NCBI GenBank assembly: GCA_036758525.1
Contig: DAIOWK010000001.1
Coordinates: 1-37,080, forward strand
From: Myxococcota bacterium
GTDB lineage: Bacteria > Myxococcota_A > UBA9160
Reading direction: 5' to 3'
DNA length: 37,080 nucleotides
In this document: piece after piece, positions 32,506 through 37,080 of the stretch
How positions within the stretch are numbered: position 1 is the stretch's first letter
Layout of the letters: each line of letters begins with the position of its first letter
Made by a program: the position numbers and the translations under genes
Notes under the pieces: generated by a model
Seen by the model: the letters and a program-made list of their open reading frames with translations, nothing else
What the model was told of the DNA's origin: nothing
Database searches by the model: none

Positions 32506-33747
32506 TTACAGCGTGAGAGCTGCCTCGCTGAGTTGCACGCGCTCCAGATCCGCCGGGACCACTGCGGTCCAGCCGAGATCGGCATGGATGCGTTTGCGCA
32601 ATGCCGCCGAGGCGGAGGCCTCTCCGTGTACGACGAAAGCCGTATCAGGTGCGCGTGGCATACCACGCAGCCAGGCGATGAGCTCCTCCTGATCCGCGTG
32701 CACGGAGAACAGGGAGAGCCCGAGCACCTCTGCGCGGACCGGCACGTAGCATCCGTGTATCTTCAACGCGCTTGCGCCTTCAAGCAGAGATCGCCCCCGT
32801 GTTCCTTCGGCTTGGAAGCCAGGTAACATGATCGTGTTGCGAGGGTCGGGAAGGAAATGGGCGAGGTGATGCAACACACGTCCGCCGGTCGCCATCCCGG
32901 AGGCCGAGATGTTGGGGCTGTCGACGTAGACCGGCAAGTCGGGCACGCGACCTTCGCGCATTAGCCCGCGGAGTGCGAGCAACAGGACCTCGGTGCGGTC
33001 CACTGCGAAGGCGGGGATGATGACCGTGCCGCCCCGGTCCGCCGTGCGCGCGATGGCGGTCTCGAACGCGGAGTCGCCATGGTCGGATGGATGGCGGCGA
33101 TCGCCATAGGTCGACTCAATCAGCACGGCGTCAGCGTCGCCGGGGGGCTCCGGTGGACGCAAAATCGGGTGACTCGGGCGCCCAAGATCACCGCTAGGTG
33201 AGCCGGCGAGAGTAAGGTGGACTGTCGCGGAGCCAAGGATGTGTCCGGCAGGACGGAAAATTGCCTGAACGCGGCGGGCGACTTCGACGCTCGTATGAAA
33301 GGGTACCTCACTGAAATCCTCGAGTACACGGGATGCATCTTCTTCAGTGTAGAGAGGCAAGGCCGGCGTATGCTTCGAGAAGCCCTTGCGGTTCGCATAG
33401 CTCGCGTCCTCTTCCTGAAGGTGTCCGCTGTCCGGGAGGACGATCCGGCAAAGGGCGTGAGTCCCCGGAGTTGCGTAAATCGGGCCGCGGAAGCCGTCGC
33501 GTAGAAGGCGCGGGAGATATCCGGAGTGGTCGACGTGTGCGTGCGTCAGCACGACGGCATCGATCGTGGAGGGAGCGACGGGGAACGCGGCCCAGTTGCG
33601 CAAGCGCAGGGATTTCAGGCCTTGAAAGAGTCCGCAGTCCACGAGGACACGGGCGTGCGGCGTATCCAGGAGAAAGCGGCTTCCAGTGACCGTTCCCGTC
33701 GCTCCGAGGAATTGCACGCAGGGAAAGGCTGGCCGGACTACTTCCAT
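32506..33747 (-). CDS. Metallo-beta-lactamase-fold hydrolase of the beta-CASP type
   Basis: Contains LTHAHVDHSGYLP (HxHxDH), SGDLGR, LIESTYGDR, FAVDRTEVLL, SVHAD and VVHGE. The start overlaps the upstream stop by 10 nt. Confidence 0.88.
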   Translation of the reverse strand: MEVVRPAFPCVQFLGATGTVTGSRFLLDTPHARVLVDCGLFQGLKSLRLRNWAAFPVAPSTIDAVVLTHAHVDHSGYLPRLLRDGFRGPIYATPGTHALCRIVLPDSGHLQEEDASYANRKGFSKHTPALPLYTEEDASRVLEDFSEVPFHTSVEVARRVQAIFRPAGHILGSATVHLTLAGSPSGDLGRPSHPILRPPEPPGDADAVLIESTYGDRRHPSDHGDSAFETAIARTADRGGTVIIPAFAVDRTEVLLLALRGLMREGRVPDLPVYVDSPNISASGMATGGRVLHHLAHFLPDPRNTIMLPGFQAEGTRGRSLLEGASALKIHGCYVPVRAEVLGLSLFSVHADQEELIAWLRGMPRAPDTAFVVHGEASASAALRKRIHADLGWTAVVPADLERVQLSEAALTL

Positions 33748-34613
33748 GCGAGCGCTTGGGCGACCAGGGCCGCTGTGCGGATCGCGTTCGTCGGATGAGG
33801 GATGGTGTCGCAGGACGCGATGCGCGTCACACCGGCGGCGCGCACGCGGCCAAGGGCGCCGGGCGCAAAGATCGCGTGAACGACGACCGCCTCGACCGCG
33901 TCTACGCCAGCGCGCCGGAGCGCACGAGCCCCGGCCGCGAGGGTGGTTCCACTGCTGGCGATGTCGTCCAGCAAGACCGCGCGGCGTGCAGGCGGAACCG
34001 TGGGGAATCGGATGCGCACACTGCGATCACCGAGGCGTGTTTTCTCGCCCACGATCCACGCGACCCGGGCGGTGGCGGCCACTGCCTGAACCCAGGGGCG
34101 CGACTCCTCGTCCGGCCCGACGAGGAGCAGCCCGCGGCGGCGACGCGCGAGAAAAGCGCCGATGGCGGGAGCAGCGGAAAGGGAGCGCGCCCGCCCCGGG
34201 ATGACTTCCGAGAGCTCAAACACCCGATGCAGGTGGGCTTCCACCGTGAGGACGGCATCGAAGTCGCGACCGAGGAGCGCCCCCACCGCACGCTGGGAGA
34301 TTGGTTCGCCAGCCGCGAATACGGCGTCCTGTCGCATGTACGGGAGATAAGGCGCAACGAGCGTGACGCGCTGCGCCCCCGCCCGGCGGAGGGCATCCGC
34401 GGCGAGAATCGTCTCAATCAGCTTGGCATTCGGGTTGAAAAGGGATCTCACCACCACAGCGTGTTGGCCCGCCGGCTGCCGTATCCGCACCAGGCTCTCG
34501 CCGTCGGGGAAGCGGTGGAGCGCGACCCGCGTGGTGGGCAGCCGGGCCGCTCGCCCGAGCCGGTGCCCGAAGGCCGCGCTATCGGGGAAGACGTGGATGC
34601 GAGTCTGGTTCAC
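33738..34613 (-). CDS. Ribose-phosphate pyrophosphokinase (PRPP synthetase)-like protein
   Basis: Contains FPDGESLVRI, APYLPYMRQD, VEAHLH and the PRPP-binding loop VLLDDIASSGTT. The GTG start has GGGGA 7 nt upstream. Confidence 0.87.
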   Translation of the reverse strand: MNQTRIHVFPDSAAFGHRLGRAARLPTTRVALHRFPDGESLVRIRQPAGQHAVVVRSLFNPNAKLIETILAADALRRAGAQRVTLVAPYLPYMRQDAVFAAGEPISQRAVGALLGRDFDAVLTVEAHLHRVFELSEVIPGRARSLSAAPAIGAFLARRRRGLLLVGPDEESRPWVQAVAATARVAWIVGEKTRLGDRSVRIRFPTVPPARRAVLLDDIASSGTTLAAGARALRRAGVDAVEAVVVHAIFAPGALGRVRAAGVTRIASCDTIPHPTNAIRTAALVAQALAWK

Positions 34614-34646
34614 CGCACGGTCCCCGGATTCTGGGTGCGATTCGCC

Positions 34647-34652
34647 AACCTA
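34647..34652 (-). promoter_or_regulatory. Candidate -10 hexamer TAGGTT (minus strand) for the prs-like operon
   Basis: The minus strand reads gtgTAGGTTggcg, about 33 nt upstream of GTG 34613. Confidence 0.25.
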
Positions 34653-34969
34653 CACACCGCGCCGACCTGATTCGAAGACTCGAGCGAGCGCGCGATCGCG
34701 AACCAACCCCGGCGAGCAGATGCGGCGCCGCCGGCATGGGTTGCGCCCCCGCGGTCTCGGTGCCGCGGACAACGGAGGCCTACACTTCGAGGACGGGCGC
34801 GCTGCCGAGAACCAGGGCATGGGCGAGGGTGTAGGGTAGCGAGGGCTCGCAGTCGATGGAGCACACCGACCTCGATCGCCGGAGAGGAAGGCACAATTCC
34901 GCCGCCTGCGGCCTCGACGGCGGGTTTGAACCCGTACCTGCGATGGCCGCCGTGCCCGGGATGGACGGG

Positions 34970-34997
34970 CACCCTCAGGAGTTCACCCTCAGGGTGA
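34970..34997. repeat. Direct repeat CACCCTCAGG x2, overlapping a perfect 7-1-7 palindrome TCACCCTcAGGGTGA
   Basis: The copies lie at 34970-34979 and 34984-34993. The palindrome is at 34983-34997, within a 511-bp divergent intergenic region. Confidence 0.35.
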
Positions 34998-35112
34998 CGG
35001 GGAGGGGCGAGGGTCGCGTCTTTCGTGCGCTCGACGCGAGCGGGTCTGCGGCTTCGGGCGCTCCAATGGCGTTCCGGTTCGCGCTTGCGCCGATCTTGTC
35101 CGGACGGCGTGG

Positions 35113-35118
35113 TAGGTT
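35113..35118 (+). promoter_or_regulatory. Candidate -10 hexamer TAGGTT, 6 nt upstream of ATG 35125
   Basis: The sequence reads gtggTAGGTTgcagacATG. No SD is present. Confidence 0.33.
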
Positions 35119-35124
35119 GCAGAC

Positions 35125-36111
35125 ATGGCTTCGAAGACACCGCACGCCGTGAGCGACGATCGGATTCGGATCGGCGTTTCGGCATGCCTCCTCGGCCACG
35201 AAGTGCGTTTCGACGGTAGTCACAAACACGACGCCTTCCTGACGGACATTTTTGCTCGTTTTGTGGAATGGGTACCTGTGTGCCCGGAAGTCGAAATCGG
35301 CATGGGCATCCCCCGTGAGTCGGTCCGCCTCGAGCAAGACGTCAAGGGTTTGCACCTCGTGGCACCCAAGAGTGGACGCGACTGGACGCTCCCCATGCGC
35401 AGCTTCGCTGCGCGGCGGGTTCGGGCCCTTTCGGCGCTCGATCTTTCCGGTTATGTGCTCAAGAAGGACTCCCCGAGCTGTGGGATGGAGCGTGTGCGTG
35501 TGTACGCTCATCAGGAGCGCAGCGTCACGCCGCGACGCGAGGGCCGCGGCTTCTTCGCTCATGCCCTGATCGCAGCAAACCCGATTCTGCCAGTCGAAGA
35601 GGAGGGGCGCCTTTGGGACCCCCGTCTGCGTGAGAACTTCGTCGCAAGGGTCTTCGCCTATCGCCGGCTTCGTGCCTTCTTCGGCGGTCGCTGGACTCTG
35701 GCCGGGATCGTGGCCTTTCACGCCTCCCACAAACTCACGCTGCTCGCGCATTCTCCCGAGGCCTATCAGCGATTGGGTCGCCTCATCGCCAGCGCGAAAG
35801 GGATACCCCGCGTGGAGCTGCGAGCCCGGTACGAGATGGAGTTCATGGGCGCACTCTCGAAGCTCGCGACAATACGCCGACATACGAACGTTCTGGAGCA
35901 TATCGTCGGCCATTTCAAGAAGCGGCTGGATGCTTCTTCGCGGGCTGAACTCGTTGCCCTGATCGGGGAGTATCGTCGTGGACTCGTCCCCCTGATTGTC
36001 CCGATCACGCTGATTCGCCACCACGTGCGGGTCCACAGCATGTCCTACTTGGAGGGGCAGATCTACCTCGACCCCCATCCCAAAGAGCTGATGCTCCGAA
36101 ACCACATCTAG
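35125..36111 (+). CDS. DUF523 (TudS-like [4Fe-4S] thiouracil desulfidase family) fused to a DUF1722 (YbgA-like) domain
   Basis: IRIGVSACLLG, VPVCPEVEIGMGIPR and KKDSPSCGMERV supply the three conserved Cys contexts of DUF523. The C-terminal half (HKLTLLAHSPEAYQRLGRL...LVPLIVPITLIRHH) matches DUF1722. Confidence 0.85.
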   Translation: MASKTPHAVSDDRIRIGVSACLLGHEVRFDGSHKHDAFLTDIFARFVEWVPVCPEVEIGMGIPRESVRLEQDVKGLHLVAPKSGRDWTLPMRSFAARRVRALSALDLSGYVLKKDSPSCGMERVRVYAHQERSVTPRREGRGFFAHALIAANPILPVEEEGRLWDPRLRENFVARVFAYRRLRAFFGGRWTLAGIVAFHASHKLTLLAHSPEAYQRLGRLIASAKGIPRVELRARYEMEFMGALSKLATIRRHTNVLEHIVGHFKKRLDASSRAELVALIGEYRRGLVPLIVPITLIRHHVRVHSMSYLEGQIYLDPHPKELMLRNHI

Positions 36112-36225
36112 CGCCGCCGCTGCCCAGGGGGCCCCCCGTCTTTGCACGCCCCAATGTGGCGACTCCAGAGCCTCTACGAATGTGGTCCAACGGGTGGAGG
36201 CGGAGGCTGTGGCGCTCGGGCGCGG

Positions 36226-37080
36226 TCAGTCGATCACGCCTGCGCGCCGCGAGGCAGCCAGGGCCGCGATCCCGTCTACGCGGCGGATTGCCTCACGGAT
36301 CTCGTGTGCAAACGCGGCCCGACGCAGCCCAAGGTCAGGAATTCCCGATTCGAGCAGGCCACGGTTGCGCGCGAGCCGAAGCGCTGTTTCGAACAGAACG
36401 CGAGAGACCGACTCCGCGCTTTGAATCCGGCGCTGAAGCCGATACTGCTTGCCCAGTGCGAGGCATTGACCGAGCAGAGCATTCACGTCACAGGGAGTTC
36501 CGGGATCTTGGCGCTCCAACGCGTCACTCACCACGCGATATGCCTCGAGGAAGGGCCGGAGCACGCGATGAGCGCTGAATGGACGGATCCGCTCCACCAG
36601 CGCCAGGATCTCTGCTGATCCGCGCGAGAGCCTGCTCTCCCACTCACCGTCGTGGAGCGCGAGCTCCTGGCGCAGCTCGCCCCGAAATTTTTCCTTTTCC
36701 GCAAAGAAGAACTCGAACTTAAGAAGATCCCGTAGGCGCATGGCTTCTTCCCAGAACTCTGTCGTCCCGTCGATCACGTCAATTTCCGCCGCGCGGAGCA
36801 GGGCGAGCTCCGCGATCGCGCCATTCACAAAAAAGTGGATCACGGTGTTGCGGTAGTACGCCGCGGTCAGGTGTTGGTCGGGCCCGATCGCGTAAACCGC
36901 TTCAGGTCCCTCAGCAAAACAGGCGACGACGCCGCTGTTCACCAGTGCATCGAGTGCTCGCTGCACCCCCTCTTTGGTATCAAGCTCGAGATCGCAGGTC
37001 GTCGGGAGCGCGCGGCGCCGCACGTAGCCCACGAGCCGACGGAGCGCCTCGACCGTTTCCGCCACGGAGAGGGCTCGGTC
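36226..37080 (-). CDS. Glycerol-3-phosphate acyltransferase PlsB-like protein, C-terminal fragment (5' end outside the window)
   Basis: The frame is open to the window edge; the listed 'M' at 37065 is an internal GTG. Segments such as LTAAYYRNTVIHFF resemble the PlsB C-terminal region as I recall it. I could not check this assignment. Confidence 0.55.
   Translation of the reverse strand, partial: DRALSVAETVEALRRLVGYVRRRALPTTCDLELDTKEGVQRALDALVNSGVVACFAEGPEAVYAIGPDQHLTAAYYRNTVIHFFVNGAIAELALLRAAEIDVIDGTTEFWEEAMRLRDLLKFEFFFAEKEKFRGELRQELALHDGEWESRLSRGSAEILALVERIRPFSAHRVLRPFLEAYRVVSDALERQDPGTPCDVNALLGQCLALGKQYRLQRRIQSAESVSRVLFETALRLARNRGLLESGIPDLGLRRAAFAHEIREAIRRVDGIAALAASRRAGVID

Noticed and set aside
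32506-33747. A possible in-frame deletion in the beta-CASP hydrolase. The sequence jumps from VYVDSP directly to NISASGMATGGR. In enzymes such as TTHA0252/RNase J-like proteins (from memory), tens of residues separate DSPMA from ASGM.
   Set aside because: Naturally short beta-CASP subfamilies exist. All catalytic motifs (HxHxDH, SGDLGR, ESTYG, SVHAD, VHGE) are intact and in frame. Without an alignment to orthologues I cannot distinguish a deletion from a compact subfamily.
34610-35185. A 191-aa minus-strand ORF and a 98-aa plus-strand ORF (34856..35152) filling the long prs/DUF523 intergenic region.
   Set aside because: The translations are R/P/S/G-rich and low in complexity. There is no SD or sensible start context. 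One of them overlaps the well-supported DUF523 start. I treat the region as non-coding.
36127-36145. GGGGGCCCCCC followed by GTCTTTG, considered as a terminator after the DUF523/1722 gene.
   Set aside because: The palindrome leaves almost no loop (at best a 4-bp stem) and the T-run is only three. This is too weak to call.
1-37080. A search for CRISPR arrays, insertion sequences, integrases, prophage genes, toxin-antitoxin pairs and known defence-system signatures.
   Set aside because: I found no regularly spaced direct repeats, no transposase-, integrase- or recombinase-like ORFs, no terminal inverted repeats and no tRNA integration site. The gene content is metabolic and housekeeping throughout.

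Overview
This is a visibly G+C-rich bacterial chromosomal window (roughly two-thirds G+C by eye, not computed). It is densely coding, with about 34 protein genes on both strands and many 4-nt stop/start overlaps. I recognised no rRNA, tRNA, CRISPR array, transposase or integrase, so it does not look like a mobile island. Gene order: sucA 3' fragment; a serine hydrolase / cytochrome P450 / paired acyl-CoA dehydrogenase block ending in a 5'-3' exonuclease; a PA0069-type radical SAM protein; an M1 aminopeptidase; an atypical SDR; a GST; a hypothetical-msrB-msrA operon; an ~850-bp ORF-poor spacer; a long LOG/PpnN-like protein; a seven-gene MoxR/DUF58 membrane cluster; an SDR / sphingosine-1-phosphate-lyase-like / class-III aminotransferase operon with a divergent GNAT; an SDR, an enoyl-CoA hydratase and a WS/DGAT; a coupled PRPP-synthetase-like / beta-CASP hydrolase / long thymidine-phosphorylase-family operon; a DUF523+DUF1722 (TudS/YbgA-like) protein; and a PlsB-like 3' fragment. 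The best candidates for undescribed biology are: (1) the Prs-like/beta-CASP/TP-like operon and its TudS-like neighbour; (2) the MoxR-DUF58-DUF4350-DUF4129-SpoIIM-RDD membrane cluster; (3) the S1P-lyase-like operon; (4) a small SD-led transmembrane peptide with a strong intrinsic terminator inside the long spacer; (5) a recurring TANNNT hexamer 6-9 nt upstream of start codons that lack an SD, suggesting leaderless mRNAs. All family calls come from motifs read by eye in the supplied translations. No database search was run.
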